From Desulfobulbales bacterium (GTDB lineage Bacteria > Desulfobacterota > Desulfobulbia > Desulfobulbales > Desulfobulbaceae): a DNA stretch of 64,000 nt. The stretch is taken from contig JBBRBT010000003.1 in NCBI GenBank assembly GCA_038205495.1, forward strand, positions 26,787 through 90,786. Reading direction: 5' to 3'. Shown piece by piece: positions 1 through 9,229 of the stretch (position 1 is the stretch's first letter; every line of letters starts with the position of its first letter). Under the pieces are notes generated by a model, which worked only from the letters and a program-made list of their open reading frames with translations, was not told the DNA's origin and searched no databases. Position numbers and translations under genes: made by a program.

Positions 1-135
1 CCGGCTACGGCACGCAGTTTCGCCAAACTCGAGCCCTTCGGTTTCCTGCTGCTCCTCGGGCTTTTCTACACCGGCATCATCGGCTGGTTCATCATGCCGA
101 TCATCCGGTTTTCCAACGCACTGCTGCTGGGATAA
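1..135 (+). CDS. C-terminal fragment of a membrane protein, probably site-2 protease (M50) family
   Basis: Frame 1 reads PATARSFAKLEPFGFLLLLGLFYTGIIGWFIMPIIRFSNALLLG-TAA. The 'LEPFGFLLLL' hydrophobic tail is typical of small S2P proteins. Truncated by the window edge. Confidence 0.5.
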   Translation, partial: PATARSFAKLEPFGFLLLLGLFYTGIIGWFIMPIIRFSNALLLG

Positions 136-167
136 AAAAAAACGGATCCGGAAATCTCCGGGTCCGT
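134..167 (-). terminator. Intrinsic terminator for fadL (between convergent genes)
   Basis: acggatccgga-aatc-tccgggtccgt hairpin preceded by an A-run on + (U-run on -). Confidence 0.65.
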
Positions 168-195
168 CGGGTCCATCCCAAGCAGGACAAATCGG

Positions 196-1410
196 TTACA
201 ATTTGTAGGACACGCCCACGGTCACCAGATGGGCAGCGGCATCATCAAAGGTTCCATTGATCCCGCCATTCTTTACGTTGCGGCTTCCCTTGTCATCATA
301 GAGATAGGCACAACCAAGTTCCAAGTCCTTGTTCACTTGATAGCGCAGGCCCAGGGAATAGAGCATGGCATCCGAGTCGGGTAGTTCAAAACCCAGGTTC
401 AAAGCCGGTACCGGATTTTGATCGATGGCAATACCAGCCATGAGGATAAAATTGTTTTTCAGGTCATAGGTGAGGCTCATGCGCCAAGCATCGCTATCCG
501 ACCAGCGTTTGGCTACAGGCGCGTCAAAAGAAGCCAGTGGACCTGTCATGGCTGATGAATAGTTAAAATCCAAAGACTCATACGCAGACCAGTAGGTACG
601 ATCATATTCGAGTTCCACGGTCAACTGATCAAAAAAGGTAGAGGATGCAGCAACGGCGAGAACGGCGGGCAAAGGAATCTCAACTTCGACAGACCCGTTG
701 TATGCATATAAAGTCGACCCCGAAGAATATCCCAATCGAGCATCACCCTCAATGCTCAAATCCACTTTGGAACGATAGGTCACGCTGACGTTCATATCAT
801 CCACAGGGCGGCCGGTGAAGGCTACATTGTACCCTGCATCCCATGAATCACCCTCCAAATCCCTGGTCAGAACGTTGTTCGCATTACTTGTAACGATCCC
901 ATCTGAGTAAATCGCACGAACTCCTGCACCCACGGACCATCGATCGCAAAATTTGTAGGAAAGCGTGGGGTTGACATCAATGACCTTCAGAGTGAATTCT
1001 TCAACAGACCTACGGGGATACGGATCCAGCCATCGTTTCGATAATCCGGCCGGGGCAGTGACCGAAAAACCCACCCTGAACTTGTTGTAGTCCGGCGAAA
1101 CCGCGAAAAAGGTCGGCATGAAAAAATTTTCTTCCTCGGACTCACCGCTACGGGAAGGGATACTATCCGTATACTGAATCGAACTCAGATGAATCCAGGT
1201 TGCGTCAGCCTCGAGATAGCCCCGATTTTCCAGCCAGGACATATTGGCGGGGTTGTAGTAGGTGGCGTCGGCCCCGGGCGTGTAGGCCACATAGCTCCCT
1301 GCCCGCGCGGTGGAGTTCACCGATTGTTCTGGAATGCGATACCCCGAGGCAAAAGCCGATCCGCTGGCTGCCAGCAGGATCAGGCCTGCGGCACCCATTG
1401 TTTTGTTCAT
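196..1410 (-). CDS. fadL: OmpP1/FadL long-chain fatty acid outer-membrane transporter
   Basis: Signal peptide, N-terminal 'SGYRIPEQS..GRAG..YYNPA' hatch motif, beta-barrel ending VSYKL, adjacent to an acyl-CoA ligase. Confidence 0.85.
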   Translation of the reverse strand: MNKTMGAAGLILLAASGSAFASGYRIPEQSVNSTARAGSYVAYTPGADATYYNPANMSWLENRGYLEADATWIHLSSIQYTDSIPSRSGESEEENFFMPTFFAVSPDYNKFRVGFSVTAPAGLSKRWLDPYPRRSVEEFTLKVIDVNPTLSYKFCDRWSVGAGVRAIYSDGIVTSNANNVLTRDLEGDSWDAGYNVAFTGRPVDDMNVSVTYRSKVDLSIEGDARLGYSSGSTLYAYNGSVEVEIPLPAVLAVAASSTFFDQLTVELEYDRTYWSAYESLDFNYSSAMTGPLASFDAPVAKRWSDSDAWRMSLTYDLKNNFILMAGIAIDQNPVPALNLGFELPDSDAMLYSLGLRYQVNKDLELGCAYLYDDKGSRNVKNGGINGTFDDAAAHLVTVGVSYKL

Positions 1411-1452
1411 ACGTTCCCCTTGTTGGGTTTGGATAGGTTGCTACGGCCTATA

Positions 1453-3237
1453 CTACAGGTGCATGGTATCGGCGGAATAGAGGTATCGTTTTATTTTATG
1501 GGTTGCGGTCTTGATAAAAGGCTCTCGCCTTTCCAGCACCCTTGAGAGCCGTGCCGAGGGTGACAGCTGCTCATTCAGTGCAGTTCGCATCTCTTCGAAG
1601 ACCCCTGCAATGTATTGATGACGCTGGGTGCGATTCTGTCCCGAGGTTTTACTGTCGATGAATTCATAATCGGGATACACCCAAGCCTCAAGCATGCCTC
1701 GATTTTCCACCACCAGCGACTCCACCACAAAGGGAAAAGAATTCACTTTATGCTCAATCGCCTCGGGGTAGACATTCTCACCGTTAGAGAGGACAATAAC
1801 CGATTTGGAACGCCCTTTGATAAACAGATTCCCAAAAGCATCGAGGATCCCCAAGTCGCCGGTCTTGAGCCAATCGTCTTCGGTAAATGAGTCTCGAGTC
1901 GCTTCCGCATCGTTGAGATACCCTAGCATGATGTTCTGCCCCCGGGCCTGAATCTCACCGATCCCGGTTTCGGGGTGGGGATCGCCGATCCGTATTTCCA
2001 CACCGGGAACAGCTTTGCCGGTGGAACCGAGACTGACCGTTGTATCGCCATGGGGGCCGCCGGACAGCAACGGGGCCGCTTCGGTCAGCCCATAGCCAAC
2101 CAGAAAAGGAAAGCCCGCATCGCGGAGAAAGATTTCCACCTCAGGATTCAAAGCTGCACCGCCGATACCCATCAGTTGAAGACGATTGCCAAAAAACGCG
2201 GTCAGCTTGGCGCCTATCTTCCGATAAATCATTTTTCGGCTCATATTGAAACGACAGAGGAACGTGAGCATCTTACTTTTCTCAACCGCCGGCAACACCC
2301 GCTTCTTGAAGATTTTCTCGATGATCAGCGGCACCACTAGCATGACATGCGGCCCTTCCCGCTCGCAGATCTTCTGCAGAATGGCGGGAGTCGGCGTCTT
2401 GCCCGCATAGACGATCCGGCAGCCCCGCAACAACGGCAGAAGAAAACCCACCGTGAATTCGTAGGTATGGGAAACGGGCAGGACTGAAAGGAAAATCCAC
2501 TCCTCAGCGATGCGCATAACACCGCTCGCTGAGTAGGCATTGGCGCAGAGATTGGCGTGGCTGAGCATAACCGCCTTGGAAAAGCCCGAGGTACCCGAGG
2601 TGTAAAGAATAGAGGCCAGATCGTCCTTGTTCACCACGGGAAACTCAAGCTGTTCCTCACGGGCCTGCTCGCCGAACTGCTCCAGGGCCTCGGCAAGATA
2701 TGCGCTGAATGGCTGGAGGTCAATCAGCCCGGTATCGTCAAGGTAGTCATCAAGGGTGATGACCCGTTTCAGTTGTTTTTTGAAATCGTAGATTTTTTCA
2801 ATCTGCCGTTGGGTGAGAAAAATGACGTCACAGTGCATCTCCCCGAGAATGTGGTGAACATCTGCCTCCGGTAAATCGGGAAAAATGGGCACGGCACTGG
2901 CCCCGAGACGCACCACTGCCAGATAGGCGGTTCCCCAGTTGTGGGAATTTTCACCCAGCAAAGCCACTCGGTCACCGCGCTTAACACCGCCGCTCCGGAG
3001 ATGGGCAGCAAGGGCAAGTATTCTTTCGTGGAAGGTCTTATACGAAAGCGGTTCTTCCAGGGCCATGCCGATAGCCGGCAGGTGGCGGTATTTACGGCAG
3101 CTGATATCAACCAGATCGTTGAGCGTCGCTGCATGTTCCTGAATCACCGGGAGGTGCTCCACGAAGTCTTCAGCACGGATACTCTCATGCTGCGCGTCCT
3201 TGCTGCTGCGGTCAGTTGTTGCTGCTGGCGTCTGCAT
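1453..3237 (-). CDS. fadD: Long-chain fatty acid--CoA ligase (AMP-binding)
   Basis: YTSGTSGFSK, GYGLTE, TGDLG and GRSK adenylate-forming enzyme motifs. Confidence 0.85.
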   Translation of the reverse strand: MQTPAATTDRSSKDAQHESIRAEDFVEHLPVIQEHAATLNDLVDISCRKYRHLPAIGMALEEPLSYKTFHERILALAAHLRSGGVKRGDRVALLGENSHNWGTAYLAVVRLGASAVPIFPDLPEADVHHILGEMHCDVIFLTQRQIEKIYDFKKQLKRVITLDDYLDDTGLIDLQPFSAYLAEALEQFGEQAREEQLEFPVVNKDDLASILYTSGTSGFSKAVMLSHANLCANAYSASGVMRIAEEWIFLSVLPVSHTYEFTVGFLLPLLRGCRIVYAGKTPTPAILQKICEREGPHVMLVVPLIIEKIFKKRVLPAVEKSKMLTFLCRFNMSRKMIYRKIGAKLTAFFGNRLQLMGIGGAALNPEVEIFLRDAGFPFLVGYGLTEAAPLLSGGPHGDTTVSLGSTGKAVPGVEIRIGDPHPETGIGEIQARGQNIMLGYLNDAEATRDSFTEDDWLKTGDLGILDAFGNLFIKGRSKSVIVLSNGENVYPEAIEHKVNSFPFVVESLVVENRGMLEAWVYPDYEFIDSKTSGQNRTQRHQYIAGVFEEMRTALNEQLSPSARLSRVLERREPFIKTATHKIKRYLYSADTMHL

Positions 3238-3340
3238 AGGTTCCCCTCCTCATCCGGGCACTATGCCCATCTCTATAAGTCTCATCGGAGGCTTGTTTAC
3301 CATAAGAACCGGAGGTTTTCAAAGAAAACGGGCAATTCGC

Positions 3341-3370
3341 TTGACAGGGTATCGAAAGAGATATTACAAT
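3341..3370 (+). promoter_or_regulatory. Putative sigma70 promoter of the D,D-peptidase gene
   Basis: TTGACA (3341) - 18 nt - TACAAT, about 50 nt upstream of ATG 3419. Confidence 0.55.
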
Positions 3371-3418
3371 TTCGCTGTTTCCACTCCTCCTTATTTCAAT
3401 CAACTACCCACTCACGCT

Positions 3419-4678
3419 ATGCAACGATACTACGCGCTTCCTTTCATTATCATTTTCAGTATCGTTTTCTTGTTCCAGTCAATGATGGAAGCGCAGGGAG
3501 CTTCCCCCCCGGCGTTACAGGGAAACACCAAAATCGCTGAACCTTCAGCCTCCAAACCCATAAAGAAAGTAAAGGGTGTAACAACAACACGAACCGTTAC
3601 CAAAACCACCCAGCAAACACAGCTGATCTCCCCTACCGCCAAGCCAACTGCCAAGAAGAAAAGCAGCAAGCCGCAGCAGGTGGCGGCCGACAAAGCCTCG
3701 TGCAAATCCCGCAGCACAGGTCTTGTGAAAAAACAGGTGGCAGCTGTGGCGGTGGCCGCGAAACGCTCAGCAGCCCCCCCGGTGGTTGCCGCGAAGAAAC
3801 GTCATGCCCGATCACGGTCGGTTGCGACGCGAAAAAGAATTTCGACCACTGAGACGACGACCTCGATCTCCATCAGCAAGGCTGGTAACCTGCCGGATAT
3901 TGAGCGCCAGATCAGTTCCCGTTGTTTCATGGTTATGGACGCAGGAACCGGAGCAACGCTCATCGCCAGATCACCGGATGACCCGCGCCAACCGGCTTCA
4001 ACCATCAAGATTGTTACCGCCATGATTGCCCTGAAGTCGCTCAAGGATGACGATGTCGTCAACGTCAGCCGCAAGGCCTCGGAAATGCCGAGCTCCAAAA
4101 TATTTCTCGACCCCAAACAGGATTACCAGGCCAACGACCTGATCAATGCGGTGTTGCTCGCTTCGGCCAACGATGCCAGTGTTGCCCTGGCTGAAAAGAT
4201 CGCCGGGACCGAAGACAAATTTGCCAGCCTTATGACCATCAGTGCCAAGATGTGGGGTGCGCAAAATACCCGCTGCCGCACAGCCTCCGGGCTCACGGCG
4301 GAAGGCCAGCATTCGACTGCTCGCGATCTGGCGAATCTTTTCCGCTACGCCATGCAGCACGATGAATTTGCCAGAAGGGTGCATGAGAAAACAATCCGCA
4401 CCTCCTATGGCAAGACGCTGCTCAATCACAACAAAGCACTTTGGAGGGTCGATGGAGCGGTGGGTGGCAAGACCGGATACACCGTCGCTGCACGCCAGAC
4501 CTATGTTGGACAGTTTTCCAGGGAGGGCAGAACGATCGTGGTTGCTATCATGGGCAGCGAAACCATGTGGGCTGATCTCAAGAACCTTGTTGAATACGGG
4601 TTTTCGAGAAAAAAACAGGAACAAGTGGCGCAAATCGGGCCCGAAAACATCCCCCAAAATACGACCCACATCAATTAG
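3419..4678 (+). CDS. D-alanyl-D-alanine carboxypeptidase/endopeptidase (peptidase S11) with long basic low-complexity N-terminal linker
   Basis: PASTIK (SxxK), SAN and KTG motifs. N-terminal TM/signal follows ATG 3419 (MQRYYALP), chosen as start over the 3200 ORF start. Confidence 0.85.
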   Translation: MQRYYALPFIIIFSIVFLFQSMMEAQGASPPALQGNTKIAEPSASKPIKKVKGVTTTRTVTKTTQQTQLISPTAKPTAKKKSSKPQQVAADKASCKSRSTGLVKKQVAAVAVAAKRSAAPPVVAAKKRHARSRSVATRKRISTTETTTSISISKAGNLPDIERQISSRCFMVMDAGTGATLIARSPDDPRQPASTIKIVTAMIALKSLKDDDVVNVSRKASEMPSSKIFLDPKQDYQANDLINAVLLASANDASVALAEKIAGTEDKFASLMTISAKMWGAQNTRCRTASGLTAEGQHSTARDLANLFRYAMQHDEFARRVHEKTIRTSYGKTLLNHNKALWRVDGAVGGKTGYTVAARQTYVGQFSREGRTIVVAIMGSETMWADLKNLVEYGFSRKKQEQVAQIGPENIPQNTTHIN

Positions 4679-4802
4679 ACAGGTCTACTCAATTTAAAAA
4701 AAATTTCGCCAGGAACGTAGTCTACCGTTCAGTTGCACTTCAAATGTAGAGGGAAGGCTACAGCAGCATTTGAAAGCGACGACCAACCACCTGCCCTGCA
4801 AC

Positions 4803-4835
4803 AAAAAAAGGCCTGCAGCAATGCAGGCCTTTTTT
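4803..4835. terminator. Bidirectional intrinsic terminator
   Basis: aaaaaaaggcctgca-gcaa-tgcaggcctttttt between convergent genes. Confidence 0.85.
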
Positions 4836-4856
4836 CTACTCGTAACACAAAAAAGA

Positions 4857-5231
4857 TTATTCCTCGGACAGTAACTGCTTCCTCACCAATTCGAGTAACA
4901 CATCTCGCTTGAACGGTTTTTCCAGGGTCGCGATATCACCCAGATATCCGGCCATGGTAAGATAACGTTCCGCCTTAATGGCTCCTCCTCCGGAAATGGC
5001 AAGAATCTTCATGTCAGGATAATCTCGGACCAGTTCCATGATAAATTTGAGGCCGTCTTTCACCGGCATGATCATGTCGGTTATCACCAGATCAAAGGTA
5101 TATCTCCCGACCAAGGCCAGCCCCTCTTCACCATCTTCAGCAGTATGCACCGCGTACCCTTCCTGCTCCAGCATTTGGGTCAGCATGGTGCGTATCTGCG
5201 ATTCGTCGTCCACGACCAGTATCCGCTTCAA
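4857..5231 (-). CDS. Single-domain response regulator (receiver only)
   Basis: ILVVDDE, phosphoacceptor in ITDMIMP, ISGG and KPF motifs. TTG start after a GAGG RBS. Confidence 0.85.
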   Translation of the reverse strand: MKRILVVDDESQIRTMLTQMLEQEGYAVHTAEDGEEGLALVGRYTFDLVITDMIMPVKDGLKFIMELVRDYPDMKILAISGGGAIKAERYLTMAGYLGDIATLEKPFKRDVLLELVRKQLLSEE

Positions 5232-5323
5232 GGAACATCCTCTCTCTTGAGTGCAAGTATCTTCTATCCAGCAGATATCCTACAAGTTAGGCCTCTTTGA
5301 TTCAATAGCTTTTTTCCAGCGCC

Positions 5324-6259
5324 TTATTTTTCCACCCGGCACAGACGACCGAAACCGCCGGGAATGGTGCCGGATGACCAGAAGGCACGCCCTTGTTTGT
5401 AGTCGACAAACCATTGCCCCCCTGGTTTCCTGATAGCCTCGACAAAGACAAAGGGCTGCTCACCTGAAAAACAAGGATGCAGGTACTGATCATGCGCGAC
5501 TTTCTCCCCCTCCAGCAACGAGAGAGCCTCCGCCATGGTCGGCAACCGCCAGTCGGAATATCCAGCAAACTGCTCTTTATTGATCCGGACCACTTCGCGA
5601 CGCATGGAGCGGTTACTCATGATATCTGTTCCCGCCCGTTGCCACATCAGGCCGGTAACTTTATCGGTCACGGTCAAATCATCGCCATTGTCGACCAGGG
5701 CGTGGGTGAAGTGACCTTTTGGATTACGCTCCTGATCGGCAAAATTATACTGTATGACCAGCGCGACCACATCCTCTTCGCTCATCTCCGCCGGTTCATG
5801 GGGCAGTTGCACAGCAGGTGGAATTGCAAAAACAGCACCCTTCCCCGGAAGACCAGATTTCCCCAACGCCTTGCCGACAGGAATTTCGAGAGGGATAATC
5901 TTCGAGTCATCGTCGATTTCGATCACATTGGCGATCAGCCATTTTTTTAACTGCTCGTTGATCGGATGGGTCCGTTCAAAAAAAGATACTTTACCCTGCT
6001 CATTGACACATTGCTGCACCATTTCGACGGGCGCCAAAATTTCTGCAACAACGCGGGCATGCTTGATGCCCCTTTCCATCAGGCACAATTTAGGGACCTC
6101 ATCCCAGGCATCAATGAAAAAATAATAGATACGCTCTTTTTTACTGCGCACCCGTTCCTTCCCCCCCCAACTCTCAAAGGTGCCGAAGGTGTATTCCGGG
6201 GTCATTTCCCAATCGATGGCCGGTGCACCCGTAACTAACAATTTTCTAAACAGACCCAT
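5324..6259 (-). CDS. DVU0772-like N-terminal domain fused to DUF1566 (Lcl C-terminal) domain
   Basis: C-terminal 'DNGDDLTVTDKVTGLMWQ...FAGYSDWRLPT' is DUF1566. N-terminal 'IDWEMTPE...ESWG...YFFIDAWDEVPKLCLM' resembles the DVU0772 family. GGAGG RBS before ATG 6259. Confidence 0.7.
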   Translation of the reverse strand: MGLFRKLLVTGAPAIDWEMTPEYTFGTFESWGGKERVRSKKERIYYFFIDAWDEVPKLCLMERGIKHARVVAEILAPVEMVQQCVNEQGKVSFFERTHPINEQLKKWLIANVIEIDDDSKIIPLEIPVGKALGKSGLPGKGAVFAIPPAVQLPHEPAEMSEEDVVALVIQYNFADQERNPKGHFTHALVDNGDDLTVTDKVTGLMWQRAGTDIMSNRSMRREVVRINKEQFAGYSDWRLPTMAEALSLLEGEKVAHDQYLHPCFSGEQPFVFVEAIRKPGGQWFVDYKQGRAFWSSGTIPGGFGRLCRVEK

Positions 6260-6331
6260 AGTCGCCTCCGCAACAGTTTGAAAAACACGGACAACCAAGT
6301 ATGATACCTTAATATAAAAACTTAAATTTAA

Positions 6332-6350
6332 TATAACGATAATGATTATT
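6332..6350. promoter_or_regulatory. Fur/PerR-family operator-like site
   Basis: TATAACGATAATGATTATT matches 15/19 of the Fur consensus GATAATGATAATCATTATC, in the AT-rich divergent spacer. Confidence 0.5.
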
Positions 6351-6358
6351 AATTCAAG

Positions 6359-8452
6359 ATGAAAAATTCCATCCATAAAAAAGCGGGTACGCCACTGCCC
6401 CTCGGTAGCACGATCACCCCCCAGGGAATCAATTTTGCTCTGTTTTCCAGACATGCCCAATCAGTTTGCCTGGTGATCGCACCCAACCCCGAACGGCCGG
6501 AACGGATTGAATTCCCCCTTGATCCGTCTCTCCACAAAACCGGTGACATCTGGCACATCCTGCTCTGCGAGGCCCCTTTAGAACTGCGCTACGGATACCG
6601 AATCAGCGGCCCCTTTGATCCGGGCGGCAAAGGTCACGCCTTTGACGGCACAGTGATCCTGATTGACCCGTATGCCAAAGAAATTCACTCCCCCGATTGG
6701 GGCAACGCGCGCACCTGCCTCGGCAAAGAGCCCTGTTGCCTCCTGGACCTGCGCAACTACAACTGGGAAGACGACCGGCCGCTCAAGATTCCACTGCGCG
6801 ATTCCATCATCTACGAGATGCATGTCCGCGGTTTTACCAGGCACCACTCTTCCAAGGTCCGTTGGCCGGGAACCTTCCGGGGTGTTATAGAAAAAATCGG
6901 CTACCTTAAACGTCTCGGGATCACTGCAGTTGAGCTGTTGCCGGTCACGGAGTTCAATGAGAACGAATCCATTTTCATCAATCCGGAAAGCGGACAACGA
7001 CTGAAAAATTTCTGGGGCTACAGTCCGCTTTCTTTTTTTGCCCCTAAATCCGGTTACAGCAGCGACCTGGAAGATCCCCTCAACGAATTCCGTGATATGG
7101 TCAAGGCACTGCACCAGGCAGGTATCGAGGTTATCCTCGATATTGTCTACAACCACACCGCCGAAGGCGGCGCCGACGGCCCCACCACCAGCTTCCGGGG
7201 GATCGACAATACCATCTATTATCTGCTCGACCCATGGACCAGGGCCTACCTCAATTTTTCCGGCTGCGGCAACACCTGTAACTGCAATCACCCCATTGTC
7301 CGTAAACTGATTATGGACGCACTGCGCTGGTGGGTGGTCGAAATGCATGTGGACGGCTTTCGCTTTGACCTTGCCTCAATACTGGGCCGCGATGCAACGG
7401 GCCAGGTGCTGGCCAACCCCCCTGTGGTGGAGATGATCGCCGAGGACCCGGTACTCGCCGACGCCAAAATCATAGCCGAGGCCTGGGATGCGGCTGGCCT
7501 CTATCAGGTGGGCAACTTTTCCCCCCATCACCGTTGGGCGGAATGGAACGGACGATTTCGCGACGATATCCGTTCGTTCATGTGCGGTCATCCCGGTATG
7601 GTGTCTGCCCTGGCCACCCGCATTGCGGGGAGCTCCGATCTCTACCAGCACCATGAACTCCGCCCCAGCAATTCAATCAACTACATCACCAGCCATGACG
7701 GCTTCACCCTGGCCGATCTGGTCAGCTTCAATGAAAAACACAACCTGATCAACGGCGAGGACAACCGAGACGGCGACAATCACAACCTCAGCTGGAACTC
7801 CGGTGCTGAGGGAGCGACCACCAGCAGAAAAATTCTCGGGCTGCGATCCCGGCGCAGCCGCACCATGGCGGTGATTCTCCTCCTTTCCCAAGGCGTACCG
7901 ATGCTGGTTGCCGGCGACGAATTTGGCCGCAGTCAGCAAGGTAACAACAATGCTTGGTGTCAGGATAATCCCATCAGCTGGCTCGACTGGACCCTGGTCA
8001 CCAAAAACCGTCAACAACTCCGTTTTTTCCGCAAACTGATTCAGTTGCGCAAATCACACCCCATCTTCAAACGCGATAATTTCTTCTTGATCAAAAGCGA
8101 ACCCGGCGAATCGCCACAAGCCCCGGAAGTTATCTGGCAGGGACTCCGTCCGGGTGAGCAGGATTGGTCGTATGAATGCAGGACGCTCGCCTTTCTCCTC
8201 AACGGGGCAGCCCTTCTGAACCATGAGGACGACGATTTTTTTGTGATGCTCAACGGCAGCCCCACCGCACCTGCCCTGTTCACGATTCCCTCTCCCTCCC
8301 GAAAGAGAACCTGGTCCAAAATCATCGATACCGGCCGACCGGCCCCCTTGGACTTCATTGACCCCGGACATGGAGATACGGTAGAGTGCGATTCTACCAT
8401 TTCCGTAGCCTGCATGGGCTGCGTTGTCCTCCAATCCGTTCCAACGAGGTAA
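6359..8452 (+). CDS. glgX: Glycogen debranching enzyme (GH13 isoamylase)
   Basis: PLG..GINFALFS, IYEMHVRGFT, NFWGYSP, DGFRFDLAS, AEAWD and HDGFTL motifs. Confidence 0.95.
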   Translation: MKNSIHKKAGTPLPLGSTITPQGINFALFSRHAQSVCLVIAPNPERPERIEFPLDPSLHKTGDIWHILLCEAPLELRYGYRISGPFDPGGKGHAFDGTVILIDPYAKEIHSPDWGNARTCLGKEPCCLLDLRNYNWEDDRPLKIPLRDSIIYEMHVRGFTRHHSSKVRWPGTFRGVIEKIGYLKRLGITAVELLPVTEFNENESIFINPESGQRLKNFWGYSPLSFFAPKSGYSSDLEDPLNEFRDMVKALHQAGIEVILDIVYNHTAEGGADGPTTSFRGIDNTIYYLLDPWTRAYLNFSGCGNTCNCNHPIVRKLIMDALRWWVVEMHVDGFRFDLASILGRDATGQVLANPPVVEMIAEDPVLADAKIIAEAWDAAGLYQVGNFSPHHRWAEWNGRFRDDIRSFMCGHPGMVSALATRIAGSSDLYQHHELRPSNSINYITSHDGFTLADLVSFNEKHNLINGEDNRDGDNHNLSWNSGAEGATTSRKILGLRSRRSRTMAVILLLSQGVPMLVAGDEFGRSQQGNNNAWCQDNPISWLDWTLVTKNRQQLRFFRKLIQLRKSHPIFKRDNFFLIKSEPGESPQAPEVIWQGLRPGEQDWSYECRTLAFLLNGAALLNHEDDDFFVMLNGSPTAPALFTIPSPSRKRTWSKIIDTGRPAPLDFIDPGHGDTVECDSTISVACMGCVVLQSVPTR

Positions 8453-8456
8453 TCCG

Positions 8457-8996
8457 ATGATACAACTGTTGATGCTTGGCGATTCACTGGTGGAATGGGG
8501 CGACTGGCAAAAATTTTTACCCGATATTGCAGTCATAAATCGAGGCATAGCCGGTGAGAGCACCGGGGAACTGGCGGTCCGCCTGATGGATGAAATCGAT
8601 GCCTGCCCTGCTCCGGATGTGGTTCTGCTCCAGTCCGGCACCAACGATCTGCTTTTCGGCGATCTTTTTTTCCCCGCCATTTTCACCACCATGATCCCGC
8701 GCTTGCGCCTTTTTTACCCGGATTGCCCCCTGATCATCTGCTCCCTCATGCCCATGCCCATCATCTCCGCCATGGACCTCGCTCAGGTCAACCGCAATCT
8801 GGCCCAGGTGGCCGCCGACACCCCGAACTGCACCTTTCTTGATCTGGTCGCTCCTTTTTCGGAACAGTGTCTGCCCATCACCCATCCCGGCTTCCTCAAC
8901 GACAATGTCCATCTCAGCACCCGGGGCTATCAGGTCTGGGCAGGAGCCATCCGGCGTTGCCTGCAGGATCGTTTTCCACAACATTGCCAAGGTTGA
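8457..8996 (+). CDS. SGNH/GDSL esterase-lipase
   Basis: GDSL, NRGIAG, GTND and DNVH blocks. GAGG RBS before ATG 8457. Confidence 0.85.
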   Translation: MIQLLMLGDSLVEWGDWQKFLPDIAVINRGIAGESTGELAVRLMDEIDACPAPDVVLLQSGTNDLLFGDLFFPAIFTTMIPRLRLFYPDCPLIICSLMPMPIISAMDLAQVNRNLAQVAADTPNCTFLDLVAPFSEQCLPITHPGFLNDNVHLSTRGYQVWAGAIRRCLQDRFPQHCQG

Positions 8997-9021
8997 CAGA
9001 ACCAATTCCGCTTCTTATTTA
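8993..9021 (+). promoter_or_regulatory. Putative sigma70 promoter
   Basis: TTGACA-17 nt-TATTTA, about 200 nt upstream of ORF 9230. Confidence 0.4.
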
Positions 9022-9229
9022 AAAACAATCGGTGCACTGCTCAAGCGTCGGACCTTCCCCCTCATCCGTCAAGGTACGCCCTTAGCGTGGCCAAATCCCC
9101 TGGAACGAACAAACCATTAAAGCCTGTTTCTCTTTGTCCCCCATACCAGCAGGGATACGCGAAAAACAGATAGTTTTCAGACGGTAGCCTTATAAACAGA
9201 ATCCATCCCTTCCAACTGGAGAGTCATCC

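Noticed and set aside
5324-5700. DUF1566 (and the OvoA FGE-like domain) as diversity-generating retroelement targets
   Set aside because: No reverse transcriptase in the window, and no adenine-variant template repeat was seen.
8985-9040. GDSL gene ends in C-Q-G-TGA, superficially another CxxU
   Set aside because: The SGNH domain is already complete, there is no SECIS-like hairpin downstream, and the TGA is part of a TTGACA promoter-like hexamer.
9100-9195. c-di-GMP-I (GEMM) riboswitch suggested by 'caaaccatt..aaagcc..ggtagc'
   Set aside because: The GGCAAAC/GAAA tetraloop/GGGACGCAAAGC core and the stem pairing are missing.
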